A stretch of 64,000 nt of DNA from NCBI GenBank assembly GCA_031278395.1, contig JAITKM010000007.1, forward strand, positions 139,805-203,804, in the 5' to 3' direction. Below are positions 1 through 10,867 of this stretch, piece by piece. A program made the position numbers and the translations under genes. The notes below the pieces were generated by a model that searched no databases, was not told where the DNA came from, and saw only the letters and a program-made list of their open reading frames with translations. Source of the DNA: Deltaproteobacteria bacterium (lineage in GTDB: Bacteria > Bdellovibrionota_C > UBA2361 > SZUA-149 > JAITKM01). Within the stretch, counting starts at the first letter, position 1, and each line of letters starts with the position of its first letter.

Positions 1-810
<810 letters not shown>

Positions 811-883
811 TTAATTTAATAGTTAATAAAATTGTAACCGTTCAACCTCTTGTAAATTAATATCTAACACCCCGCATTTTTTG

Positions 884-1339
884 CTACCGGTGTTGTAATA
901 TCCCTTTTAGTGTATCTACAAACTCGCTCACATCAGAAAATTCACGATAAACCGAAGCAAAACGCACATATGCAACTTGGTCGAGCTGTTGCAATTTTTT
1001 AATTAGCATTTCACCAATTACCTTACTGGTAACTTCTTTATCGCCGTTTTCTAATAAAGCCGCTTCAATCGACTTAACCAGCTCTTCCATATCAACTACC
1101 TTGACTGGTCTTTTTTCACAGGCCTTCTTTAGTCCACTTAAAATTTTATACCGGTCAAATTCTTCGCGCTGTCCGCCTTTTTTAACTACCATTGGCAAAC
1201 TATCCTCAATCCGTTCAAAAGTCGTGTACCTGAACTTACAGCTTTCACATTCCCTGCGTCGACGCACAGAACGTCCATCCACCCCTTCGCGAGAATCTAC
1301 AACTTTCGTTTCTGTGCTATCACATTTTGGACAACGCAT
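884..1339 (-). CDS. nrdR: Transcriptional repressor NrdR (zinc ribbon plus ATP-cone)
   Basis: Starts MRCPKCDSTETKVVDSREG with CxxC...CxxC, followed by an ATP-cone domain; length is ~150 aa. Confidence 0.9.
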   Translation of the reverse strand: MRCPKCDSTETKVVDSREGVDGRSVRRRRECESCKFRYTTFERIEDSLPMVVKKGGQREEFDRYKILSGLKKACEKRPVKVVDMEELVKSIEAALLENGDKEVTSKVIGEMLIKKLQQLDQVAYVRFASVYREFSDVSEFVDTLKGILQHR

Positions 1340-1348
1340 AAGCTAACT

Positions 1349-2593
1349 TTACTTAAATAGCGGGCGCTTTTGACACAACTCAATCACACGACCACGCACT
1401 TTCTCCAGCTCCTGAGACTTGCTAAAATTTTTAACTACCATCTCAATACAATTTGCTACTTCGCGAATATCTGTAGAGTCAAACCCACGCGAAGTTATTG
1501 CGGGCGTGCCAATCCGAATACCACTAGTTACTTTTGGTGGTTGCGGGTCATCCGGCACAGTATTTTTATTAACTGTAATTCCAACCTGATCTAGGGCTAC
1601 TTCAGCTTGCGCTCCAGTAACTCCTAAACCTCGTAAATCCAAAAGCAATAGGTGTGAATCCGTGCCGCCGCTGACAATTTTAAAACCTTTTTTTAGCAAC
1701 TCTTCAGCTAACAATTGTGCGTTTTTTACAACTTGCCGTGCATACTTTTTAAACTCTGGGCTTTGCGCTTCTAAAAAAGCCACTGCTTTACCAGCAACTT
1801 GGTGCATATGTGGTCCGCCCTGAATCCCAGGAAAAATCATTTTGTCCAGTGCGGACGCAAAAACTTTTTTAGCCAGAATAAGCCCGCCGCGTGGTCCGCG
1901 TAAGGTTTTATGGGTCGTGCTGGTTACCACATCAGCAAACGGAAATGGATTCTGATATGCTCCGCCAGCAATTAATCCGGCATAATGAGCAATATCAGCC
2001 ATAAAAATTGCACCCACTTCATCTGCAGCTATCCGAAAAGCTTCCCAGTCCAATTGCCGTGAATACGCCGACGCGCCAGCAATAATCATTTTGGGTTTAT
2101 GTTCACGCGCTAGTCGAATTATTTCGTCTCGTTCGTAACGCTGTGTTTGGGGATCAAGTCCGTAAGCCACAATTCGAAAATATTTACCAGAAAAATTGAC
2201 TGGACTGCCATGTGTTAAATGCCCACCATGATCAAGACGCGGTCCTAAAACTGTATCACCTGGTTTAAGTAGGCTGTAATATACAGCCATATTTGCGGTC
2301 GAACCGCTGTGTGGTTGCACATTAGCAGTTTCAGCACTGAACAAAGTTTTGGCGCGCTCAACTGCTAAGCGTTCTACTTCGTCATAATTGACACAACCGC
2401 CGTAATATCTCGCGCCGGGATAACCTTCGCAATATTTATCAGTCAGAATTGACCCTACAGCCTCGCGCGTCGCCGCGCTGACGCAATTTTCAGATGGAAT
2501 TAGCTCTAAAGATAACTCTTTTCTTTGGGCTTCTTTCTGAATTAGTTCAAAGATAGCTGGGTCTGTTTGACTTAAGGACGTTTGTAAAACCAT
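1349..2593 (-). CDS. glyA: Serine hydroxymethyltransferase
   Basis: 414 aa with the PLP-lysine motif [12 protein letters not shown] and SHMT-wide similarity. Confidence 0.95.
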   Translation of the reverse strand: MVLQTSLSQTDPAIFELIQKEAQRKELSLELIPSENCVSAATREAVGSILTDKYCEGYPGARYYGGCVNYDEVERLAVERAKTLFSAETANVQPHSGSTANMAVYYSLLKPGDTVLGPRLDHGGHLTHGSPVNFSGKYFRIVAYGLDPQTQRYERDEIIRLAREHKPKMIIAGASAYSRQLDWEAFRIAADEVGAIFMADIAHYAGLIAGGAYQNPFPFADVVTSTTHKTLRGPRGGLILAKKVFASALDKMIFPGIQGGPHMHQVAGKAVAFLEAQSPEFKKYARQVVKNAQLLAEELLKKGFKIVSGGTDSHLLLLDLRGLGVTGAQAEVALDQVGITVNKNTVPDDPQPPKVTSGIRIGTPAITSRGFDSTDIREVANCIEMVVKNFSKSQELEKVRGRVIELCQKRPLFK

Positions 2594-2667
2594 GGGATTT
2601 TTAATCGTAATTCGTAATCTTCGCCACTACTAGAGTTTTCTAGCAGGGGAAAACTACAAATCAAAAG

Positions 2668-2907
2668 TTACTCGGAGACATGTTGTTTGATATAATTGAT
2701 GGCGTCGCCAACGGTTCGTATTTTTTCTGCTGCTTCGTCAGAAATTTCTATATCGTATTCCTCTTCAAGAGCCATAACTAGCTCTACAATATCTAAAGAG
2801 TCTGCACCGAGATCATCAATAAAACTAGCTTCTGGAGTAACCTCATCAGCTGCAACATTCAACTGCTCAACAACTATCGCTTTTACTCTCTCTTCTGTAT
2901 TAGACAT
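2668..2907 (-). CDS. acpP: Acyl carrier protein
   Basis: 79 aa with the [26 protein letters not shown] phosphopantetheine-attachment motif. Confidence 0.9.
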   Translation of the reverse strand: MSNTEERVKAIVVEQLNVAADEVTPEASFIDDLGADSLDIVELVMALEEEYDIEISDEAAEKIRTVGDAINYIKQHVSE

Positions 2908-3353
2908 TTAGCCTCCATAAATAATATTTCTAAAATCTTTTGGGCTTAAATTAAAATTCAATTTAAGAAATCCGTAGCCCAAACAGGTATCCACCTATGT
3001 CTCCATAGCAACTTCGCTGCCATAGAAAACAGTGTCGCACTGCTTGCCAAAAATTAATAAAAAATACAATAGATTATTTTTAGATATAAAAAACAATAAT
3101 ATTAAGCGGTTAGAAATTTATTTATGATTATAATCAATCGTTATTGTATTAAGAAACTATTTAATTGATAAATTGTTTATTGCAAAAACATCTTGCCAAA
3201 CCCTAATTTTTTACCTATAGGCTACGCGCTTAGCATGCCGATCTATAAATATTAACTTGAAAAATTCCCTCAAAATAGAGAGAATTCACACTAATTCTCT
3301 CTACTTTGAGGGAATTTGCCTAGCCCCCACTAATTCGCAAAAAACAAATACAA

Positions 3354-5042
3354 ATGAAAAAATATATCGCTTCAATTATAAAAGAAAAGCTTAAACATCT
3401 CGTCGTGGATATCAGCGAAGAAGAAATTTTGTATAAGATAGAAATACCATCTAATAAAAAATTTGGTGATTTCGCATTCCCTTGTTTTATAATTTCTAAA
3501 AAAATATCTGTTAATCCAAATTCTGCGGCACTTCAATTAGAAGAATTATTAATTAACAATGAAGAATTTGAAAAAATAGAAGTAGTAGGAGGATACATAA
3601 ATTTTACTATTAATAAAGTTAATTTTGCTAAGAAAAAATTGGCAGATATTTTAAATCCAAACTTTAAAAAAGTTATAAATTCCCAAAAAAAAATATTAAT
3701 TGAATTTCCTTCTCCTAATACTAATAAACCTTTACATCTTGGACACTTAAGAAACATAACAATTGGAGAATCAATTGCCAGAATATTAGAAAGCGTTGGT
3801 AATGAAGTTGTTAGAGTTAATTTATATAACGACCGTGGGATTCACATTTGTAAATCCATGTTAGCTTATCAAAAATTTGGCGAGGACAAAGAACCAGATA
3901 AAAAATCAGATCACTTTGTCGGCGATTATTATGTCCTCTTTGGCAAATTAGCTAAGGAAGACGATAGCTATAACCAGAAAGCGCAAGAAATGCTTGTGCA
4001 ATGGGAAAATGGTAATCCGGAAATAATTTCACTATGGGAAAAAATGAATCACTGGGCATTTAAAGGTTTTGAACAAACCTTCGCAATGCTTGGTATTAAA
4101 TACGACAAATATTATTATGAAAGCAAAATATATAAAGATGGCAAAAATATTGTATTAGACGGTTTAAAGTCTGGCATCTTTTCAAAAAGAAACGATGGCG
4201 CTGTAATAATAGATTTAACCAACGAAGGGCTTGATAAAAAAGTCTTGCTAAGACCAGACGGCACAACAGTTTATATGACTCAAGATTTATATTTGGCAAA
4301 ATTAAAGGACGAAGATTTTAACGCTGATAATTCAATATACATTGTCGGCAATGAACAAGATTATCATTTTAACGCGCTGTTTATTATCTTAAAAAAAATA
4401 GGATTCCAAAAACAGTTAATGCATTTATCATATGGAATGGTAGAGCTGCCAGAAGGACGGATGAAGTCTCGTGAGGGAACAGTCGTCGATGCTGATGATT
4501 TTATAGAAATGGTTAAGCAATTAGCCAAAGCTGAAATAGTTAAGCGCTATAACAACATTTCCGAAGATGAGCTAGAAAACAAAAGTTTAACAATAACCCT
4601 AGCGGCAATTAAATACAGTTTATTAAAGACAGGTATATTTAAAAACATGATTTTTAACCCAAAAGAAGCGCTTAGTTTTGACGGTGATACCGGCTCTTAC
4701 CTTCTTTATTCTTATGCGCGTGCTTTTTCCATATTAGGCAAAATTAACGCTGAGTTAGAAAAAGACGGAGAGGTTAAAGAAATAAATGAGTTTGAATATG
4801 AATTAATAAAACAACTTAGTAATTATCAAGATGTATTAAAAAAATCAGCCGACGAATTAAACCCTTCTATTATTGCCCATTATGCATATGACTTAGCCAG
4901 CGCATTTAATGAGTTTTATCATACTTGCCCTGTCCTTAAGACAGAACAAGCGTTTGTTAGAATTTCGCTTGTAAAAGCATATGTGAATATTTTCAAACAT
5001 ATCCTAAGTTTATTAGGGATAGACGTGTTAGAAAAAATGTAG
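3354..5042 (+). CDS. argS: Arginine--tRNA ligase
   Basis: 562 aa class I aaRS with the HIGH-like motif PLHLGHLRN, a KMSKS-like MKSREG, and a DALR anticodon-binding C-terminus. Confidence 0.9.
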   Translation: MKKYIASIIKEKLKHLVVDISEEEILYKIEIPSNKKFGDFAFPCFIISKKISVNPNSAALQLEELLINNEEFEKIEVVGGYINFTINKVNFAKKKLADILNPNFKKVINSQKKILIEFPSPNTNKPLHLGHLRNITIGESIARILESVGNEVVRVNLYNDRGIHICKSMLAYQKFGEDKEPDKKSDHFVGDYYVLFGKLAKEDDSYNQKAQEMLVQWENGNPEIISLWEKMNHWAFKGFEQTFAMLGIKYDKYYYESKIYKDGKNIVLDGLKSGIFSKRNDGAVIIDLTNEGLDKKVLLRPDGTTVYMTQDLYLAKLKDEDFNADNSIYIVGNEQDYHFNALFIILKKIGFQKQLMHLSYGMVELPEGRMKSREGTVVDADDFIEMVKQLAKAEIVKRYNNISEDELENKSLTITLAAIKYSLLKTGIFKNMIFNPKEALSFDGDTGSYLLYSYARAFSILGKINAELEKDGEVKEINEFEYELIKQLSNYQDVLKKSADELNPSIIAHYAYDLASAFNEFYHTCPVLKTEQAFVRISLVKAYVNIFKHILSLLGIDVLEKM

Positions 5043-5310
5043 AAAATTTAGAGTATCAGATAAGGGAGATTTGCATACGTCTTTTTAAAAAAATAACACT
5101 CTTCAGTTCTTGACGGATTATTATTTCATATTGTAGTAGTCCAGAACTGGCAATTGAACGAATTAACAATCACAGAGTTGATTGCCAAAAAGAGTTAAAC
5201 GTGTATTTGGCGCAGCATATTGTTGCTCCATGGCACGAAAATCTTTAAAAATACAAGGATACTTACGCACTCATCATCCCCCCATTAGATGCTTTGAAAA
5301 ATTAAAAAGA

Positions 5311-6081
5311 ATGCGGCAAATACCATTAAAACACTTCACTGAACGTAGCGCAAAAATTGAGCTACTGGTTTTACATTCAACAGCTTATAATTTACAGCAA
5401 GCCTTAAAAATATATGACGAGCAGGCAGTCGCGCCACATTATATAATTGACTTCAATGGCGAGATAATTCAGTGTGTTGCAGAACAATATCGAGCTAAGC
5501 ATGCGGGGCGACCTGATGCGCCGCAGTTTTGGCGGGGCATTGACACTGACCTTAATTCACACTCTATCGGGATTGAAATTCTCAATCCAACGCTTGGGCA
5601 AAGTGAATTTGAGGAAGCTCAAATTTTGGCAACCATCAGTCTTTGCCAAAAAATCATTGCTAAATACGAGATTCAACCCCAAAATGTAATTGGACATTCA
5701 GATCTAACACCAACATGCAAGCCTGATCCGGGTCATTGTTTTCCCTGGCAACGGCTTGCCCAAAATAACATCGGTTTATGGTTTGAGATTAATCAGCGTT
5801 TAGACGGAGGCAGTAGCTTTTCTGAAATAAAACGTTTTTTAAAATTGATAGGTTATGACACCAGAAGCGCTGAAATTATTAAAGCTTCAAGTTATGCTTT
5901 TTGTCGTCATTTTTTACCTCAATTTGTTACCCAAGTTCAGGATATAGAACAGCTACTCACCAAAGTTTATCCTGATAACTGTAGTTTTATGCAAGATGAA
6001 GTATTTATTAAAACCTTACAAGCTGTGGCGTGGAGTAGCCTCAATCATTGTAATAGCACCTCTACTTTGACATCCCCCTAG
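5311..6081 (+). CDS. N-acetylmuramoyl-L-alanine amidase (Amidase_2/AmpD-like) with a C-terminal extension
   Basis: The amidase_2/PGRP core reads LVLHSTAY...YIIDFNGEIIQCV...AKHAG...GIEI...GHSDL...KPDPG. The ORF track opens at 5182, but the ATG at 5311 (MRQIPLKHF) fits AmpD-family N-termini better, so the start is uncertain. Confidence 0.65.
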   Translation: MRQIPLKHFTERSAKIELLVLHSTAYNLQQALKIYDEQAVAPHYIIDFNGEIIQCVAEQYRAKHAGRPDAPQFWRGIDTDLNSHSIGIEILNPTLGQSEFEEAQILATISLCQKIIAKYEIQPQNVIGHSDLTPTCKPDPGHCFPWQRLAQNNIGLWFEINQRLDGGSSFSEIKRFLKLIGYDTRSAEIIKASSYAFCRHFLPQFVTQVQDIEQLLTKVYPDNCSFMQDEVFIKTLQAVAWSSLNHCNSTSTLTSP

Positions 6082-6150
6082 AAACCCAATATAGGGAGGT
6101 AAACTTGCGCTCCACCTATTAACAACAATTTATATTAAAAAATAAATTCT

Positions 6151-8211
6151 ATGAATCCAGAGCTTAAACAATTAACCCTCGTTTCTAATACCATTGCGAT
6201 ACTTGCAGCTGATATGGTTGAAAAAGCTAATTCTGGTCATCCTGGTATGCCAATGGGCATGGCTGATATTGCAGCTGTGTTGTGGCTAAAACATCTCAAC
6301 TTTAACCCTAAACAGCCCAGCTGGATTAATCGCGATCGCTTTGTTTTATCCAACGGTCATGGCTCAGCTCTACTTTACTCCATGTTGCACCTCTCTGGCT
6401 ATGAGATGTCCATTGAGGACCTAAAATGTTTCAGACAACTTGGCAGTAAAACTCCAGGACATCCAGAAATCAGCACAGTTGGCGTTGAAGCTACCACTGG
6501 TCCTCTGGGGCAAGGACTGGCAAATGCTGTGGGTCTAGCCTTGGGACAAAAAATTATGGCTGAACGCTATGATTGCAGGACAAGCCAAAACAATGCAGCA
6601 GGTAGTATTTTTAACCATAAAGTTTTTTGTGTTGTTGGAGATGGTTGCCTTATGGAAGGTATTACTTCTGAAGCAAGTTCTTTAGCCGGGCATTTAAAAC
6701 TAAATAATTTAATTGTCTTATATGATGATAATCACATTAGTATAGCGGGCGATACCAAACTGACTTTTACAGAAGATGTTTGCCAACGTTATGCGGCTTA
6801 CGGGTGGTCTGTGCAAACTTGCGACGGGCATAATTTTGCTGAAATTGATCAAGCCTTGAGTCGAGCTAAAGAGGAAAAATCGTGCCCCACATTAATTGCG
6901 TTTAAAACCACCATTGGCAAAGGTAGCCCTAACAAAGCTAATAACGCACAAGTTCATGGCTCACCACTGGGCAAAGACGAATTAGAAAAAACCAAAAAAG
7001 CTTTATGCCTGCCCGACGATTTAAGTTTTTATGTTCCACCACAGGTGCATGAGCTTTTTGCTAAACGCCAAGAGGAATTACTAAAAAATTATCAAGCTTG
7101 GGAAAAACTTTACACCGAGTGGCAAGACAATAATCCAGATTTGGCAGCAGGTTTAAAGGCACAATTAGAGCTTGCAGAAGACGGCAACCTAGAAAAAAAT
7201 TTAGTAGAACAAGCTCAAAAGTTTAACCAGGCAGAGTCGAGCAGAAAAATTTCTGAAGCTATGTTACAAATTATTGCGGAACACTTGCCAGCTTTGATTG
7301 GTGGTTCAGCTGATCTTGATCCTTCTACTTTGACTTATTTAAAAAATTATCCTGATATTCAGGCCGGTCAATATAATGGTAAAAATATTCGCTATGGTGT
7401 GCGCGAACACGCTATGGGAGCCATAGTTAATGGGCTTAGTTATTATGGCGGTTTTTTACCTTACGGTTCAACCTTTTTAGCCTTTGCGGATTATCTACGT
7501 CCTGCAATTCGGGTAGCCGCCTTGTCTGACTTAGCGTCGTTATTTATTTTCACTCACGATAGCGTTTTACTGGGCGAAGACGGACCAACGCATCAGCCAA
7601 TTGAACAGCTAGCGTCGTTGCGCATTATTCCTAATCTGCAGGTTTTTAGACCAGCAGACGCATTGGAAACAGCAATTTGTTACAGCTTAGCAGTGCAAAA
7701 CCATAACTCACCAAGTGTGATGATTTTAAGTCGGCAGGCTTTACCTGTAATTAGCCGTTCTGAAAATTTTAATCCAGAGGAAATAAAAAAAGGCGCTTAT
7801 ATTGTAAGCCAATTCAAAGAGGGGGGACATCGTTGCGCAGCTACAACAAGTCAACTGACAGAGGAAATAATTTTAGTAGCTACAGGTTCTGAGGTAGCGT
7901 TAGCGCTAGAAGTTGCTCAAAAAATAAATAATAAAAATGTGCGCGTAGTTTCTATGCCTTGTTATGAAATTTACAAACAACAGTCAGAAATTTTTAAGTC
8001 AGAGTTACTGCCCAAAACAGCTAAAATTGTAACTTTGGAAGCTGGCGTAACATTGGGATGGGCAGAGATGGTTGGAGGCGGCGCAAAAGATAGAATTTTG
8101 AATATTGGTATTAATACTTTTGGGGCGTCAGCGCCGCAAGCTATCTTAGCCCGAAAATTTGGTTTTACGGCTGACGCAGTCTTAGCTAAAATTAACAACT
8201 GGTTGCAGTAA
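6151..8211 (+). CDS. tkt: Transketolase
   Basis: 686 aa with the TPP-binding motifs GHPG and GDGCLMEG and a transketolase C-terminal domain. Confidence 0.95.
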   Translation: MNPELKQLTLVSNTIAILAADMVEKANSGHPGMPMGMADIAAVLWLKHLNFNPKQPSWINRDRFVLSNGHGSALLYSMLHLSGYEMSIEDLKCFRQLGSKTPGHPEISTVGVEATTGPLGQGLANAVGLALGQKIMAERYDCRTSQNNAAGSIFNHKVFCVVGDGCLMEGITSEASSLAGHLKLNNLIVLYDDNHISIAGDTKLTFTEDVCQRYAAYGWSVQTCDGHNFAEIDQALSRAKEEKSCPTLIAFKTTIGKGSPNKANNAQVHGSPLGKDELEKTKKALCLPDDLSFYVPPQVHELFAKRQEELLKNYQAWEKLYTEWQDNNPDLAAGLKAQLELAEDGNLEKNLVEQAQKFNQAESSRKISEAMLQIIAEHLPALIGGSADLDPSTLTYLKNYPDIQAGQYNGKNIRYGVREHAMGAIVNGLSYYGGFLPYGSTFLAFADYLRPAIRVAALSDLASLFIFTHDSVLLGEDGPTHQPIEQLASLRIIPNLQVFRPADALETAICYSLAVQNHNSPSVMILSRQALPVISRSENFNPEEIKKGAYIVSQFKEGGHRCAATTSQLTEEIILVATGSEVALALEVAQKINNKNVRVVSMPCYEIYKQQSEIFKSELLPKTAKIVTLEAGVTLGWAEMVGGGAKDRILNIGINTFGASAPQAILARKFGFTADAVLAKINNWLQ

Positions 8212-8364
8212 CTATTTAATAGCTATAAAATCTCGTATCCTGCGACTTCCCTTGCGGCAATATGATAACCAGAAATTTTTTAGATGTTGAGCGGTTGGCT
8301 GGAAAATTCTAATTAGGATTTGCCTATTTAGAATCGTCAAATTGTAGCAAACTAAATAGTTACA

Positions 8365-9126
8365 TTGGTTATTGTAAAACTAACATTATTATTTATGTTT
8401 TTATTTTTTGAAAAAATTCTAAACTTGCAAAACAGTAAATGTCCTAAATTTTTGGCACTAGCAGTAATTCAGATCACGTGGGGCGTAATTTTAACGGCAA
8501 AACGTCTGCAAAATTCTTGGGCAGCTAAAAAACTTCAGCCGCCGTTTCATAATTCTGAAATTGCCACACTCTGTCAGGCAATTACTAGTAACTATCCGTT
8601 TGTTAAGGTTTTAGAATTGGGCGTAAATTTGTATCCAACCTTTGATACGTTGAGTTCTTTATTACCTCAAGTGAAATTTGTTGCAGTAACTAACCAATTA
8701 GAAAAACTTGTAATATTTCAAAGTTTATATCAAACCAGAACAAACGTAACAGTCTTAAGTTTAGAACTAAACCAGCTGACTGAATGTCAAGACTTAGACT
8801 TTGATATTGTCTATACTAGTAATGTTTTATCTTATTGCAATAAACAGTTAACAGTAGAAATAATTCGTGAATTGTTACGTGTTAGTAGAAGAAAAATATT
8901 TTTGTTAGAATTACAAACGCCCAATCAATATAATGCAGAAACAAATTTTTATGATGTTGAAGGATCTGCTGCGCTTTTTGTGCGAGACTATGTTCAGCTG
9001 ACAAAAAATGTCGCTACCCTCATGAATATCCAAATTGACGTTACTTATTCAAAAATCAAACACCCACTCTGGACTAACAAATACTGGAAAAATTACGGCA
9101 GCCTGATTGAAATTGAGAAAAAGTAA
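8365..9126 (+). CDS. Hypothetical protein with weak class I SAM-methyltransferase-like motifs
   Basis: VLELGVNLYP resembles the glycine-rich motif I and DIVYTSNVLSY resembles motif IV; no confident family assignment. Confidence 0.35.
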   Translation: MVIVKLTLLFMFLFFEKILNLQNSKCPKFLALAVIQITWGVILTAKRLQNSWAAKKLQPPFHNSEIATLCQAITSNYPFVKVLELGVNLYPTFDTLSSLLPQVKFVAVTNQLEKLVIFQSLYQTRTNVTVLSLELNQLTECQDLDFDIVYTSNVLSYCNKQLTVEIIRELLRVSRRKIFLLELQTPNQYNAETNFYDVEGSAALFVRDYVQLTKNVATLMNIQIDVTYSKIKHPLWTNKYWKNYGSLIEIEKK

Positions 9127-9356
9127 TTGAACAAATTATCTATAGAAAGCGCCGTGGAGGAATATAACAAAAAACTCTCTGTGTCCTCGTGGTTTTATTT
9201 CCCAAGGTTGGGTTAGGGCTGTGGGCTATTAAATTCCAAGCAGGTGATAACTTGCAAATAGTGGTAGGAGATGGCTTTTACCTTCCCGCAAAAAATATTT
9301 GGGTTATCCTGAAATTCCGTAAAATCCATTAAATAAAAAAAGTTGTGGATGTTTTT

Positions 9357-9417
9357 TTAAAAAAAACCTAAAAGCAAAACCATTATTTAAAACAAAGTAA
9401 TAAATAATGGTTTGCTT
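9357..9417 (-). terminator. Rho-independent terminator downstream of the acidic-protein gene
   Basis: An ~17 bp inverted repeat (aagcaaaaccattattta ... taaataatggtttgctt) is followed on the minus strand by a T-run. Confidence 0.5.
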
Positions 9418-9446
9418 AAAGTTTCCCTGAATCTTACGTGCCGCCT

Positions 9447-9890
9447 TTAATACGTAACCGCGTAAAACTCTTCTTCCTCTCGAAGAAAGGCGTTTAATGA
9501 CATAGACCTTATTTCCTCTTCGATTGTTAGCTCTTGCAATTCTGGTAGATCTAAACATTCATCAAAATTGTCATCAAAATCCTTACCAAGATAAAAAATT
9601 TCCTCTACTACTTCCTCATAATTAAGTGATGAGGAAGTAACGTTTGAGTTACCTTCTTCTTGATCGCATTCTTCTCCTTCTTCCTTAGGCTTAGGTGACC
9701 CTAAACCTTTCCAAAGTTCTTCTTCTGGATCACAATCGTCATCAAAATCTTCATTGTTCCAGTTTTCCTCTTCTCTGCGAGTTATTTCAAACTCTATAAG
9801 AAGATTTCTAACAATATGGGAAGGCAAGGCCTCTAGTTCTTTTTGCCAATTATCTTTGGCAAAATTCACGACACTCTTTGTCGCAGTCAT
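9447..9890 (-). CDS. Hypothetical highly acidic protein (Glu/Asp-rich, 147 aa)
   Basis: Runs of E/D (EEENWNNEDFDDDCDPEEELW..., EEEEFY) give a very low predicted pI; there is no recognisable domain, and a terminator hairpin follows. Confidence 0.4.
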   Translation of the reverse strand: MTATKSVVNFAKDNWQKELEALPSHIVRNLLIEFEITRREEENWNNEDFDDDCDPEEELWKGLGSPKPKEEGEECDQEEGNSNVTSSSLNYEEVVEEIFYLGKDFDDNFDECLDLPELQELTIEEEIRSMSLNAFLREEEEFYAVTY

Positions 9891-10244
9891 TACGTACTCC
9901 TTTGGATTTTAATCCGTTTGGGGGTTGAAAAAAATTAACGCTAAACCTAGTGCTTAGCGTTTAAACCGTGGTAAAAACATCCACAATTCATTTTTACTTG
10001 TCATAAAGACTTTTTTTAATAAAAATCAATTTTAGACATTTTCACAAAATTAAAAAATGGAAAAGCAAGCGCTACAAAAACCTTCTTCAAAAAAATTCAA
10101 CTGTATGGAGAGATCGGAAAATAGAAAAAAAAAACAGAGAATAGTCTTCTTAGATTTTAGCTCTTCAAAAACTATTCCCTGAATTAATTATTGGGGAATT
10201 TTACATCCTTGTGAGTCTTATAAACTAAGACCCTACAGTGGTGG

Positions 10245-10550
10245 TTATAAGACTTCTAGGGGGGGAGGATTAACTGAAATATAAGAGTTTTCTTTCTCTC
10301 TTTTTTTCCGTCTTTTTTCGATATGAACCTTTAATGATTCGTAGCGTTTTTTTCTCTCCTTCTCAAACTTTTGAAAGGTAATAAACTTTATTTTTTCAGC
10401 AATTACCTTTTTTCGACTTTTTATTCGTTGATTACGACGCTTAAAGTCTCTGGTTCTCCCTTGTTTGGTCATCATCCCATCACTAACCATTAACATCATG
10501 GTTAAATCCTCTACTCTCACATTGTTACTCTTTAAAATCTCGGAAAGCAC
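10245..10550 (-). CDS. Hypothetical highly basic Lys/Arg-rich protein (101 aa)
   Basis: KRRNQRIKSRKK...EKRRKKREKE; a 10-bp inverted repeat follows the stop. Confidence 0.3.
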   Translation of the reverse strand: MLSEILKSNNVRVEDLTMMLMVSDGMMTKQGRTRDFKRRNQRIKSRKKVIAEKIKFITFQKFEKERKKRYESLKVHIEKRRKKREKENSYISVNPPPLEVL

Positions 10551-10867
10551 TGTGCTTTTCCAAAAAAGAGCGTCGGTTGTACTATATACATCTCACTAAG
10601 TCAATCAATTTTTATCATTTTTTGAAAAAAAATTTGAAATAAAAAACAAAACATAATAGTTGACGCTTGCCCATTTTTGAGACCTACAATTTGAAGCGTA
10701 GCTTTTTGGGTACGACTTTTAAAATGAATAGTATATGTTTAGACGTTACGCCTATAGTAGATCTTGAGTTATAAGGGAATTAAGGGAACTTAACACTCCA
10801 AAAAATTTAGGTTAATTCGTAAAAATTCGTGGACAAAAAAATACTAATTTCTGTTTATCTTTGGTTT

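Noticed and set aside
1101-1594. + strand ORFs 1101..1346 and 1370..1594
   Set aside because: They are antisense to nrdR and glyA; they are low-complexity with no motifs.
9304-9558. 84-aa basic ORF overlapping the acidic-protein gene
   Set aside because: It overlaps the 3' end of a better ORF in another frame and covers the terminator hairpin; it is likely spurious.
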